From Candidatus Saccharimonadota bacterium (GTDB taxonomy: Bacteria > Patescibacteriota > Patescibacteriia > 2-12-FULL-60-25), in the NCBI GenBank assembly GCA_022843095.1, contig JALHOH010000001.1, positions 360,001 to 392,000 of the forward strand: a stretch of 32,000 bases of DNA. The letters run 5' to 3'. A model generated the notes under the pieces. The model saw nothing but the letters and a program-made list of their open reading frames with translations, searched no databases and had not been told where the DNA came from. The position numbers and the translations under genes are program-made. Of the stretch, positions 1-8,561 are shown one piece after another. Numbering within the stretch: the first letter of the stretch is position 1; every line of letters starts with the position of its first letter.

Positions 1-464
1 GTCCATTCTGTATTCGTCACCATCCAACCATGCAGAAGCTGGTGGATGAATATAAAGGGAAGGTTGCATGGGTCTATCGGCATTTTCCGCTCAGCTTCCA
101 CCAGAACGCGCAAAAAGAAGCGGAGGCTTCAGAATGTGCCAATGAACTTGGTGGGAATGATGCCTTTTGGAAGTTTGCTGACAAGATATTTGAGCGAACG
201 AAGGGCAACGGCACCGGTTTTGCTTTAGACCAGCTCGCTCCATTAGCCAAGGAAATTGGTTTGGACGAAGGAAAATTCAAGACGTGTTTGGACAGCGGTA
301 AGTATGCTCAAAAGGTACAGGATGATATGGCTGCCGGTTCCACGGCGGGCGTGAATGGAACTCCGGGCAATATCGTCTGGACCAAGGATGGGAAGTCCCA
401 GCTTGTATCTGGCGCTGTACCGCTGGAGGCGCTTAAAGCGGTTATTGATCCGCTCTTGAAATGA
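1..464 (+). CDS. DsbA-like thioredoxin-fold thiol:disulfide oxidoreductase, 5'-truncated by the window edge
   Basis: The frame is open back to nt 3 (..PFCIRHHPT precedes the ATG at 30), so the PFC of a CPFC-type active site lies at the window edge. The remainder (VYRHFPLSFHQNA, GVNGTPG near the C-terminus) looks like the DsbA/Thioredoxin_4 fold. Stop TGA 462-464 overlaps the next ATG (ATGA). Confidence 0.8.
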   Translation, partial: PFCIRHHPTMQKLVDEYKGKVAWVYRHFPLSFHQNAQKEAEASECANELGGNDAFWKFADKIFERTKGNGTGFALDQLAPLAKEIGLDEGKFKTCLDSGKYAQKVQDDMAAGSTAGVNGTPGNIVWTKDGKSQLVSGAVPLEALKAVIDPLLK

Positions 465-1036
465 TGAATGTCCGTCGTCTTGCCATTCTACAAAGCATAT
501 CGGAGACGCTGAAGCGCCCCCGATATGCTTTGCTGATGGTCGGATCCAGTTTTACGTTTTGGCTTTTGAACCTCTACATTCCAAACAGACAATCGATCCG
601 CTTGTTTCTTGGTCTTGATACCCTGACGCTCTTTAAGCGTTGGGGGATTGTGAAGGGTATTATTACTAACTACGTAAGTAATCTTGGACCAGCCACGATC
701 TTTCAGAGTCTGCTCATCAGCATCCTCTTTGGTCTAAATCTCAGTCTTGTTGCATATCTTCTTGTTCGGAGAAAAACGCTCATTCAAGATGCGTCTTCTG
801 CTGCCAGCGGAATTCTCGGATCGGTCAGTGCGCTTCTCGGAATTGGATGTTCGGCTTGCGGCTCTGTTCTTTTGACTACGTCTTTCTCGATTTTCGGGGG
901 AGTCGGACTTGTGAGCCTATTGCCATTCAAGGGAAAAGAGTTTTTCTACCTTAGTCTCATTCTTCTTACATTATCGATCTACTTGATCGCCAAAAAAATG
1001 ACTGAACCTCTCGTATGCAAGACAGTAAAAACCTAA
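461..1036 (+). CDS. Polytopic membrane protein with an intramembrane CxxC (LGIGCSACGSVLL); family not recognised
   Basis: 191-aa ORF with about 5 hydrophobic segments. The only Cys pair is CSAC inside predicted TM3. It is translationally coupled (ATGA) to the upstream DsbA-like gene and abuts or overlaps the downstream one. Confidence 0.6.
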   Translation: MMNVRRLAILQSISETLKRPRYALLMVGSSFTFWLLNLYIPNRQSIRLFLGLDTLTLFKRWGIVKGIITNYVSNLGPATIFQSLLISILFGLNLSLVAYLLVRRKTLIQDASSAASGILGSVSALLGIGCSACGSVLLTTSFSIFGGVGLVSLLPFKGKEFFYLSLILLTLSIYLIAKKMTEPLVCKTVKT

Positions 1037-2205
1037 CTTCTATGACATCATCCGTGAAATCATTCAAACGTATCTTGACCTACGCGGCCATTGGGCTAGC
1101 AAGTATTGGGCTCGTGTGGTTTGTGGCGTATGAGCCTGGAGGTCCCGACAGCGAACCCGGTCGCCACATCAATGTTCAAGCTGACGATTGGACCAAGGGC
1201 AATAAGGATGGCCAGGTGACCTTGGTAGAGTATTTGGATTTCGAATGCGAGGCATGTGGGGCATATTACCCAGTCGTAAAGCAGCTTGAGGCAGAATTTG
1301 GGGATCGTGTTCGTTTTGTTTCGCGGTATTTTCCGCTTCCTGGCCATAAGAACAGCATGACCGCCGCGAGCGCAGTGGAAGCGGCGGGTCGCCAAGGGAA
1401 ATTCTGGGAAATGCACGATACGTTATTTGAAAACCAGAAGGCATGGGCCGAAAAGAGCATGGCGGATCCGAAGCTGTTCCTCGCGTATGCTCAAAAAATT
1501 GGATTGGACATGGCCAAATATCAAAAGGATGTCAATGATTCATCGCTGCGTGATCGCATCGAACGAGATAAGAGATCCGGCGAAGCGCTTGGCATACAAG
1601 GCACCCCATCTTTTTTTCTGAACGGAGAAAAGATCAGCAATCCTCGAAGCTACGAAGAGTTTAAGACGCTCATTTCCGCAGAACTTCTTAAAACGCAGGC
1701 CGCCAGTCTTCCGCCGAAAGGCGAAAAAGTCCATGAGCATGCTGATTTTAAGGTCTATATAGATGGACAAGCTTTCGACTTTAAGCCTTCAAAATTCCAA
1801 TCTTCGAAAGAGAATCCGCTCGATCCTGACGCCCACCTCCACGACGGAAACGGAGATGTCACCCACAAACACAGAAAAGGGATTACGTTGGGATATTTCT
1901 TCAAATCCTTGGGCATGAGCTTTGACCAGAATTGTTTTGTTACCGATCCTAAAACGCGCTACTGCAATGGAGAGGATAAAAAACTTAAGCTGTATGTGAA
2001 TGGTAAGGCTCAAGAACAGTTTGGCGATTACGAGTTCTCTGACTTGGACAGGATTCTTATTTCGTATGGGAGCGAGAACAGCGAGCAGATCAAAACCCAG
2101 TTAGATTCGGTAACAGATATGGCCTGTCTCTATTCTGAAAAGTGCCCCGAACGGGGCAAGCCACCGACGGAGAGCTGTGTAGGAGGGTTGGGAGAGGAGT
2201 GTTAA
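1015..2205 (+). CDS. Membrane-anchored DsbA-like oxidoreductase fused to a His/Cys-rich C-terminal domain
   Basis: N-terminal TM (ILTYAAIGLASIGLVWFV) and CxxC active site FECEACGAYYP. DsbA-like core (RYFPLPGH..., GIQGTPSFFLNG). The C-terminal ~155 aa contain HEHADF, HLHDGNGDVTHKH and 6 Cys. An alternative start ATG at 1042 lies 5 nt after the upstream stop. Confidence 0.8.
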   Translation: MQDSKNLTSMTSSVKSFKRILTYAAIGLASIGLVWFVAYEPGGPDSEPGRHINVQADDWTKGNKDGQVTLVEYLDFECEACGAYYPVVKQLEAEFGDRVRFVSRYFPLPGHKNSMTAASAVEAAGRQGKFWEMHDTLFENQKAWAEKSMADPKLFLAYAQKIGLDMAKYQKDVNDSSLRDRIERDKRSGEALGIQGTPSFFLNGEKISNPRSYEEFKTLISAELLKTQAASLPPKGEKVHEHADFKVYIDGQAFDFKPSKFQSSKENPLDPDAHLHDGNGDVTHKHRKGITLGYFFKSLGMSFDQNCFVTDPKTRYCNGEDKKLKLYVNGKAQEQFGDYEFSDLDRILISYGSENSEQIKTQLDSVTDMACLYSEKCPERGKPPTESCVGGLGEEC

Positions 2206-2226
2206 TTTAATTCATTATTTATCAAT

Positions 2227-2907
2227 ATGCATGAAGCACAACATATGAGTATCGAGCCAACAGGAGAAGCGGGTGCGAATCCATCTCTGTCTGCTAAGAA
2301 GGTTCAGTCTACGCGAACATTTGTTTTTGGTCTTGTTGGCGGGGTCGTTTTGCTGGCTGTTGTCTTGGGAGCTTGGTTTGGAAAAGGACTGGTCGTTGCC
2401 GCAACCGTAAACGGCGCTCCGATCAGTCGCATGTCGGTTGTAAAGGAATTGGAGAAGCAATCAGGTAAGGCTGCTCTCGAGTCACTTATTAGAAAAAAGC
2501 TCATTGATGACGAAGTACGCGGTAAAAATATCTCGGTTTCAAAAGAGGAGATCGATCAAGAGATGAAAAAAATTGAGGCCCAGGTAGCCTTACAAGGTGG
2601 GACATTGAATGACGTTTTGCAACAACAGGGGATGACTGAGGAGCAATTGCGCGAGCAAATCGATGTCCAAAAGAAGATTGAAAAATTGCTTGGTGATAAG
2701 GTTTCTGTGAGCGATGCCGAAGTGGAGGCATATGTCACTAAAAACAAGATCGAGTTTCCAAAGGACAAGAAGCAGGAAGAGGCGAAAGCAGCACTAAAGG
2801 AGCAAATACAGCAGCAGAAGTTCCAACAGGAGGCGCAGAAGTGGGTAGCTGATCTCACAGCAAAAGCCAAGATTCAATACTATGTTAACTACTCATCGGA
2901 GATTTAA
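2227..2907 (+). CDS. SurA N-terminal-domain-like / PrsA-like periplasmic chaperone without an obvious PPIase domain
   Basis: N-terminal TM, then VAATVNGAPISRMSVVKELEKQSG...LIRKKLIDDE and a K/E/Q-rich helical region, typical of SurA_N-type proteins. Alternative start at 2245. Confidence 0.6.
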   Translation: MHEAQHMSIEPTGEAGANPSLSAKKVQSTRTFVFGLVGGVVLLAVVLGAWFGKGLVVAATVNGAPISRMSVVKELEKQSGKAALESLIRKKLIDDEVRGKNISVSKEEIDQEMKKIEAQVALQGGTLNDVLQQQGMTEEQLREQIDVQKKIEKLLGDKVSVSDAEVEAYVTKNKIEFPKDKKQEEAKAALKEQIQQQKFQQEAQKWVADLTAKAKIQYYVNYSSEI

Positions 2908-2919
2908 AATCATAAATTT

Positions 2920-3099
2920 ATGAAATTAAACAAGGGTTTGGAGGCATTGAAAAAACATGCAAAGGAAGAGGTTCGGATACATAAAGAGATTTTTCAGGAA
3001 GGTGGGTCGGATATCAAGCATCTAGTGCGGAAGCATCTGAAAGATACCGTCGCCATTCATAAGGAGTTTTGGAAGGAATTGAAGAAGGCCCTGAAATGA
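2920..3099 (+). CDS. Small 59-aa helical protein (absent from the ORF track, which lists nothing under 60 aa)
   Basis: My own translation: MKLNKGLEALKKHAKEEVRIHKEIFQEGGSDIKHLVRKHLKDTVAIHKEFWKELKKALK. It has an internal two-helix repeat (HAKEEVRIHKEIFQE / HLKDTVAIHKEFWKE). It fills an otherwise empty 160-nt gap, and its TGA overlaps the ATG at 3096 (ATGA). Confidence 0.4.
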   Translation: MKLNKGLEALKKHAKEEVRIHKEIFQEGGSDIKHLVRKHLKDTVAIHKEFWKELKKALK

Positions 3100-3950
3100 A
3101 TTTTCGGAAGATTTATCTTTTGTTTCTTGTTTTAGGGATATCATCCCTAGCGTTGTTCGGTTTCCTTACGCAACCTCCCCGCAACGACGCTCCAAAGGAA
3201 AATCCGATCATTGTAACAACTGAAGGGAACGATGTTGTGGCACCGGTGCAGCCGGTGTACGCACCAACGACTTCCACGCAACCAATGGTGCAGGAAAAGA
3301 ATTTCGGCCTATCTACAAAGGGTAGGAATATTCAGGGTTACGAGATCGGGTCGGGCGAAGAGACTTTGCTATTGTTTTCAGCCTTGCACGGGGATGAAAA
3401 GAATACAGCGGATTTACTCAACGCATTTGTGGAGACGGTCAAAGAGGATCCTTCTTTGGTGCATGAATCAAAAAAGCTCATCGTTATTCCGGTCGCCAAC
3501 CCCGATGGGTATTACGAACCGTTAAAAAACCTGAATGCGAATGAGGTGAATCTGAATCGTAATTTCGACACTGATGGATGGAAGCAGTATCCGGCGAAGG
3601 GGGTGTTTGGTGGCTTAAAACCCTTTTCTGAGCCTGAAAGTCGGGTGATTCAGAACGTTGTGCAGACTTATAAGCCTGGTCTCGTTATCGCTTTTCATTC
3701 GCAAGGAGGGTTGGTTTCTCCTGAAGAGAATACATCTTCCATCGATTTGGCTAAATGGTACGTTAGCAAAACCGGGTATTCGTATTTCGATGGGTGGAAC
3801 TATCCGGGTACGGCTACGGGATGGTTTGCCGATACGGCACAAAGACCCGCAATCACGGTTGAGCTATCAAATCATGAGCAAAGCGATTGGGAGAAGAATA
3901 GGGGCGCTCTATTAGCACTCATTTCTTCGGCGGGCTTCCCGATTCAGTAG
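3096..3950 (+). CDS. M14-family zinc carboxypeptidase (murein peptide amidase / gamma-D-Glu-DAP peptidase-like), membrane-anchored
   Basis: HGDE (HxxE zinc motif), NPDGY, NLNRNF, FSEPES and AFHSQGG motifs in M14 order. N-terminal TM MNFRKIYLLFLVLGISSLALFGF. The track start at 3069 is a TTG; the ATG at 3096 is preferred. Confidence 0.8.
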   Translation: MNFRKIYLLFLVLGISSLALFGFLTQPPRNDAPKENPIIVTTEGNDVVAPVQPVYAPTTSTQPMVQEKNFGLSTKGRNIQGYEIGSGEETLLLFSALHGDEKNTADLLNAFVETVKEDPSLVHESKKLIVIPVANPDGYYEPLKNLNANEVNLNRNFDTDGWKQYPAKGVFGGLKPFSEPESRVIQNVVQTYKPGLVIAFHSQGGLVSPEENTSSIDLAKWYVSKTGYSYFDGWNYPGTATGWFADTAQRPAITVELSNHEQSDWEKNRGALLALISSAGFPIQ

Positions 3951-3978
3951 GGGGGATTTATTTTTTTTCAAAAAGCGT

Positions 3979-4461
3979 ATGTATGAATGGATCGTGATTT
4001 TCTCTGTTGAATATCTTTACCTTTTCATTGCGTGTATAGCGCTAGGCTATTTTTTTATCGCAAGAAAGTCAGTGAAGTTGCGTGAGGTGGTAGTCATTTT
4101 TTTGATGGCGTTTGGTTTAGCTCTCGTGATCGATAAAATTTCTAATCAACTCATTGACAGCCCCAGGCCATTTGTCGTTGAAAAAGTTTCTCCACTGGTT
4201 TCACATGTAGCTGACAACGGTTTTCCATCAGAACATACCCTTCTTGTTTTCCTCATTGCCGGAACGGTCTTCCTGTTCAACAAAAAGATGGGGACTACCC
4301 TGGGTATTCTGGCATTAGGGGTGGGTGTGGGGAGTGTCCTTGCAAAAGTACATCACCCGATAGATGTTCTGGGTAGTATAGGTATTGCATTTTTCGCTGT
4401 AACTATAAGTTGGTGTGTAGTTTTGAAGATCCTGAGGAAAGAAAAGCCTGTTACGATTTGA
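3979..4461 (+). CDS. PAP2-family phosphatase (undecaprenyl-diphosphatase / BcrC-like)
   Basis: PAP2 signature in order: DSPRPF, FPSEHT, AKVHHPIDVLGS. About 4-5 TM segments. Confidence 0.75.
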   Translation: MYEWIVIFSVEYLYLFIACIALGYFFIARKSVKLREVVVIFLMAFGLALVIDKISNQLIDSPRPFVVEKVSPLVSHVADNGFPSEHTLLVFLIAGTVFLFNKKMGTTLGILALGVGVGSVLAKVHHPIDVLGSIGIAFFAVTISWCVVLKILRKEKPVTI

Positions 4462-4487
4462 CGATAATACCCCCTAGGGGGTATTAT
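4458..4487 (+). promoter_or_regulatory. Putative sigma70-type promoter of the csoR-copA operon (TTGACG-18 nt-TATTAT)
   Basis: TTGACG at 4458-4463 and TATTAT at 4482-4487. The -10 ends 9 nt before the csoR ATG (4497), implying a leaderless or near-leaderless mRNA. The operator palindrome fills the spacer. Confidence 0.5.
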
Positions 4488-4491
4488 CGTC
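4460..4491. promoter_or_regulatory. CsoR-type operator: perfect 32-bp palindrome GACGATAATACCCCCT|AGGGGGTATTATCGTC
   Basis: Checked base by base: 4460-4475 is the exact reverse complement of 4476-4491. The TACCCCC..GGGGGTA core resembles known GC-tract CsoR operators. It lies immediately upstream of a CsoR-family gene. Confidence 0.7.
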
Positions 4492-4496
4492 TTCAT

Positions 4497-4760
4497 ATGC
4501 ACCAAGACAATCATAAGCTCATCCGTCGTTTGAAGATCATTGAAGGCCAAGTGCGTGGCCTTCAAGAGATGGTCTCGAAAGACACGTATTGTATCGATGT
4601 CATCACGCAAACCTCTGCCGTGAAGCAAGCGCTCTCGAACATCGAGGACGTATTGCTCGAAAATCACCTCTCTCATTGCGCCTTGAACCAGATCAAGGGA
4701 GGTAATGAAAAGAAGACCATTGGGGAGATTTTGAAAATTTATCGCCTTAAGCGAAAATGA
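4497..4760 (+). CDS. csoR: CsoR/RcnR-family metal-sensing transcriptional repressor
   Basis: LIRRLKIIEGQVRGLQEMVSKDTYCIDVITQTSAVKQAL...HLSHC carries the family-typical x-C-H-C ligand positions. The track start at 4410 overlaps the PAP2 gene and the operator, so ATG 4497 is preferred. Confidence 0.85.
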   Translation: MHQDNHKLIRRLKIIEGQVRGLQEMVSKDTYCIDVITQTSAVKQALSNIEDVLLENHLSHCALNQIKGGNEKKTIGEILKIYRLKRK

Positions 4761-4761
4761 T

Positions 4762-7047
4762 ATGCAAACACAGACCTATAAAGTAAAAGGGATGCACTGC
4801 GCGAGTTGTGTTTCTCTTATACAAAACCAGATAGCCAAGGTTCCGGGCGTTCAGTCTGTTTCGGTCGGACTGACTCAGGAAAAGGCTAAAGTAGTTTTTT
4901 CTGGATCAGCGGTTCCACTTGATTCCCTTAACAACGCCATCTCGTCATTCGGCTACACGTTCGAAGAGGCAGCGAAGGAGGAGACTGGTCAGGTTGGGAA
5001 CCACAGCCATGGCGACACCGGTGAAAAAAAGATGGCTCTTGAGATGAAATTCGTCATCCCTATGGTTATCTTTTCTTTTGTGATGATGTTCTGGGATGTG
5101 CTGTCCAAGAATAATATCATTCCAGAGATGCCTGAAACGATCTATGAGGCTTTTCATCATCTCATGCCCATCTTTGCGAGTTTCATCCTGTTTGGAATCG
5201 GACGCAGGTATATCAAGGCGGTATGGATATTCTTGCGAACCGGCATTGCGAATATGGATGTACTTGTCGGCATCTCGACAATCGTGGCATTTATATACTC
5301 TTTTGCCGTAACTGCCTTTGAAAAACCCCTCTCTAGCTATTTGGATGTAGGATCAAACTTTTACGATGTTGTCATTATCGTTATCGGACTCATCGCTCTT
5401 GGGCAATTCTTAGAAGCGCGGGCAAAAAGAAAGACGAATGAATCACTTCAAAAATTGGCAGAACTCACCAGCAAAACAGCACTAGTCGAACGTGATGGGA
5501 AAGAGCTGGAGATCCCGATTGAAAAAGTCGAGTTGGGTGATGTGGTGATTGTTAAACCGAATGAACGCATTCCTGTCGACGGCAGAATCGTATTTGGCTC
5601 ATCTAGCGTTGATGAGTCCAATTTGACCGGAGAATCGGTGCCAGTTGATAAAATATCTGGAGCTATTGTTTTTGCAGGGACTCAGAATTTTCAAGGTTTG
5701 CTTAAAGTGCGAGTTGAGAAAGATACGAAAGACACAGCGCTCGCGCATATCATCACCATCGTCGAGAATGCTCAAAATTCAAAAGCCCCAATTGAAAAGA
5801 TTGCCGATAGAATTTCCGGCTACTTTGTGTACATCGTGCTTGTGCTTGCGGTGATCACCTTTGTCTCATGGATGATTTTCGCGCCGGGAACATTTGGGAT
5901 GGCTAAAGCGTTTGCTTTCGCGCTATCAACAACAATGGCTGTGCTCGTCATCGCATGCCCCTGCTCGCTCGGCCTCGCCACCCCTACGGCAATCATTACA
6001 GGCGTCGGCACCGGTGCGCGTCGAGGCATTCTTATCAAAAATGCCGAGAGTCTTGAAAAGCTTTCCAGCGTGAAGGCAATTGTCTTCGACAAAACTGGAA
6101 CGCTTACGGAAAACGAGCTTTCGATTGAAGGCATATTTTGCAGGGACGAGAATCATGTGTGCGACATTGATGATACCAGTTTCAAACAGTCCCTTATTTA
6201 CTCGATGACGAAATCATCGAAGCATCCGATCTCGGCAAGCATCGCGACTTGGCTCAAGGAAGCGAATGCGAAGGAGCTCAAAGTTTCCGATATTACGGAA
6301 CTGCCCGGCAAGGGTCTTAGGGCGATGTACGACGATGCCACATATTATCTTGGATCAATCGGTTATGTCGGAGAGACAATCGGACAGTCTGAAAAACAAA
6401 TACGAAAAGACTTCCACGATGGACGCTTCGAGAGCGGACGTGAACTGTATCTCTCAAACGATAAAGAGGTACTGTCGCTCGTCAAGATTCACGACACTGT
6501 CAAGGTGGGAGCGAAGGCAGAGATTGAAAAGCTCAAGAGACTCGGACTCAAGGTCATCATGGCGACGGGAGACAATAAAAAGACCGGGGAAGCCGTCGCC
6601 AAGAGTCTCGGCATCGACGAAGTGTATGCCGATGTAAAGCCGGAGGACAAGCTTAAAATTATTGGCGATCTGCAGAAAAAAGGTTTCAAAGTCGCCATGA
6701 TTGGTGACGGAGTGAACGATTCTCCAGCGCTTGCCCAAGCGGACGTAGCAATCTCCATGAGTGATGGATCGGATATCGCCATTGAAAGTTCGGACATCGT
6801 TCTTTTGAAGGGAGACATCGGGAAAGTAGCCGAAGCTGTCAATCTGGCTAAAAAGACCAACCGAACGATTTGGCAGAATCTTATTTGGTCGTTCGGGTAC
6901 AACTCAATTGGAATCCCGGTGGCGGCAGGCATCCTATTTCCATTCTTTGGCTGGATGCTGAGCCCTGCTATTGCCGGTGCGATCATGGCATTTGAGAGTG
7001 TGACAGTTGTGACCAATTCATTACGCCTCAAGAACGCAAAACTTTAG
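4762..7047 (+). CDS. copA: Copper-translocating P1B-type ATPase
   Basis: One N-terminal HMA domain (GMHCASCV), TGES, the CPC motif (IACPCSLGLATP), DKTGTLT, GDGVNDSPAL. Confidence 0.95.
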   Translation: MQTQTYKVKGMHCASCVSLIQNQIAKVPGVQSVSVGLTQEKAKVVFSGSAVPLDSLNNAISSFGYTFEEAAKEETGQVGNHSHGDTGEKKMALEMKFVIPMVIFSFVMMFWDVLSKNNIIPEMPETIYEAFHHLMPIFASFILFGIGRRYIKAVWIFLRTGIANMDVLVGISTIVAFIYSFAVTAFEKPLSSYLDVGSNFYDVVIIVIGLIALGQFLEARAKRKTNESLQKLAELTSKTALVERDGKELEIPIEKVELGDVVIVKPNERIPVDGRIVFGSSSVDESNLTGESVPVDKISGAIVFAGTQNFQGLLKVRVEKDTKDTALAHIITIVENAQNSKAPIEKIADRISGYFVYIVLVLAVITFVSWMIFAPGTFGMAKAFAFALSTTMAVLVIACPCSLGLATPTAIITGVGTGARRGILIKNAESLEKLSSVKAIVFDKTGTLTENELSIEGIFCRDENHVCDIDDTSFKQSLIYSMTKSSKHPISASIATWLKEANAKELKVSDITELPGKGLRAMYDDATYYLGSIGYVGETIGQSEKQIRKDFHDGRFESGRELYLSNDKEVLSLVKIHDTVKVGAKAEIEKLKRLGLKVIMATGDNKKTGEAVAKSLGIDEVYADVKPEDKLKIIGDLQKKGFKVAMIGDGVNDSPALAQADVAISMSDGSDIAIESSDIVLLKGDIGKVAEAVNLAKKTNRTIWQNLIWSFGYNSIGIPVAAGILFPFFGWMLSPAIAGAIMAFESVTVVTNSLRLKNAKL

Positions 7048-7049
7048 CT

Positions 7050-8063
7050 ATGAGAACCTATACTTTCTGTGTAAATGGCATGCACTGCCAGTCATGCGTG
7101 CTCCTGACCGAAAGCGAACTTGTCGAAGATCCGAGAGTGTCTTCGGCAAAATCAAGTCTTGAGACGCGATCCGTTGTGGTTTGCGGAGATTTTGGCGACG
7201 CGTCACTTGAAGATATTGCAAAAGAACTGTCCAGCTTACTGTCTCAACACTCGCTCTCAACAACAAGAGTAGCGGATAAGGTGAACTGGAATGAGTTTGC
7301 GATTGCCATTCCCATCGCCTTAGTCTTTGCCTTTCTTTTTGTTCTGTTGCAGAAACTAGGCATCGTCAATTTGGTGAATACGGGCAATGTCACATACGGC
7401 ACAGCCTTTGTGATCGGCATTATCGCTTCGCTCTCTACCTGCATGGCCGTCGTAGGAGGGTTAGTGCTCTCGATGTCGGCAACATTTGCACGGGAAGGCG
7501 ACAAAGTTCGTCCGCAGGTACTTTTCCATATTGGACGCATCATCTCTTTCTTTATCCTTGGTGGCGTGATTGGTACGGTAGGTGCGGCGTTCCAACTGGG
7601 AGTAATCGGTACATTCGTGCTCGGACTTGTCATTGGTTTGATCATGCTGGTCCTCGGAATCAATCTCTTGGATGTATTTCCTTGGACGAAGCGTCTCCAA
7701 CCCTCGATGCCGAAGTTTTTCTCGCAAAGAGCGCTTAGTGTGACGAAATTCAATCACACCTTCACTCCCGCCCTCGTGGGCATTGCGACATTTTTTCTCC
7801 CCTGTGGGTTCACCCAATCGATGCAGATCTACACCCTATCGACAGGGAGTTTCCTAAAAGGCGGATTGACCATGCTAGCCTTTGCCCTTGGGACGCTTCC
7901 CGTGCTGGCACTCGTGAGTTTCAGCTCATTCAGCATTAAGAGCAGTTCCAGGTCAGGCATCTTCTTCAAAACAGCAGGCTTGGTTGTTATCATGTTTGCA
8001 ATCTTCAACATCCTAAGCAGCCTCGTCGCTATCGGCTGGATTGAACCCATCTTCAACTTCTAA
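7050..8063 (+). CDS. HMA-domain protein fused to a TauE/SafE (DsbD_2)-like polytopic membrane domain
   Basis: N-terminal GMHCQSCV heavy-metal-associated domain followed by about 6 TM segments, including FFLPCGFTQSMQ. It starts 2 nt after the copA stop. Confidence 0.7.
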   Translation: MRTYTFCVNGMHCQSCVLLTESELVEDPRVSSAKSSLETRSVVVCGDFGDASLEDIAKELSSLLSQHSLSTTRVADKVNWNEFAIAIPIALVFAFLFVLLQKLGIVNLVNTGNVTYGTAFVIGIIASLSTCMAVVGGLVLSMSATFAREGDKVRPQVLFHIGRIISFFILGGVIGTVGAAFQLGVIGTFVLGLVIGLIMLVLGINLLDVFPWTKRLQPSMPKFFSQRALSVTKFNHTFTPALVGIATFFLPCGFTQSMQIYTLSTGSFLKGGLTMLAFALGTLPVLALVSFSSFSIKSSSRSGIFFKTAGLVVIMFAIFNILSSLVAIGWIEPIFNF

Positions 8064-8075
8064 TCATTGTACATT

Positions 8076-8474
8076 ATGAAAAAAATCTTTGTAATTTCTA
8101 TTCTTCTCACTATAGCTTCGCTGGCCGGCATCATTAAGTTATTGAGCAATAATGGGGCAAGTACGACGACTGTCGTCAACGGACAGACGAACGTATCTGT
8201 CGTGGACGGCAAACAGGTCATCGAGGTAGCCGCTAAAGGAGGTTATGCCCCTCGGAACACCGTTGCTAAAGCAAACACGCCCACGACGTTGAATTTGAAG
8301 ACGAATGGGACGTTTGATTGTTCATCGGCCATTTCTATTCCAAGCCTTGGCTATCGAGCTAACCTGCCTCCATCCGGCGTTACACCGATTGAGATCCCTC
8401 CCCAGCCAGCCGGAACGATTCTTAAAGGGACTTGCTCGATGGGAATGTATAATTTTGCGGTGAATTTCAATTGA
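8076..8474 (+). CDS. Secreted cupredoxin-like (Cupredoxin_1-type) small protein
   Basis: Signal/TM MKKIFVISILLTIASLAG, then a beta-rich domain ending GTCSMGMYNFAVNF with an earlier Cys (FDCSSAISIP). This gene type commonly follows HMA-TauE genes. The track start at 8067 is a TTG. Confidence 0.55.
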   Translation: MKKIFVISILLTIASLAGIIKLLSNNGASTTTVVNGQTNVSVVDGKQVIEVAAKGGYAPRNTVAKANTPTTLNLKTNGTFDCSSAISIPSLGYRANLPPSGVTPIEIPPQPAGTILKGTCSMGMYNFAVNFN

Positions 8475-8540
8475 GATGTTTACGGTGGGGTGAAATCAAT
8501 AAACTAAATTCGCCCTCGTTGCGGGGCGATCCTCCAAGAT

Positions 8541-8561
8541 GCCTGATTCGTCAGGCGTTTT
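8541..8561 (+). terminator. Rho-independent terminator of the copper operon
   Basis: GCCTGA-TTCG-TCAGGC followed by GTTTT. The 5' arm (CCTGATT, 8542-8548) can alternatively pair with AATCAGG at 8565-8571. Confidence 0.6.

Noticed and set aside
6489-7031. 180-aa minus-strand ORF inside copA
   Set aside because: It is antisense to the unambiguous P-type ATPase C-terminal region and has no independent signals.
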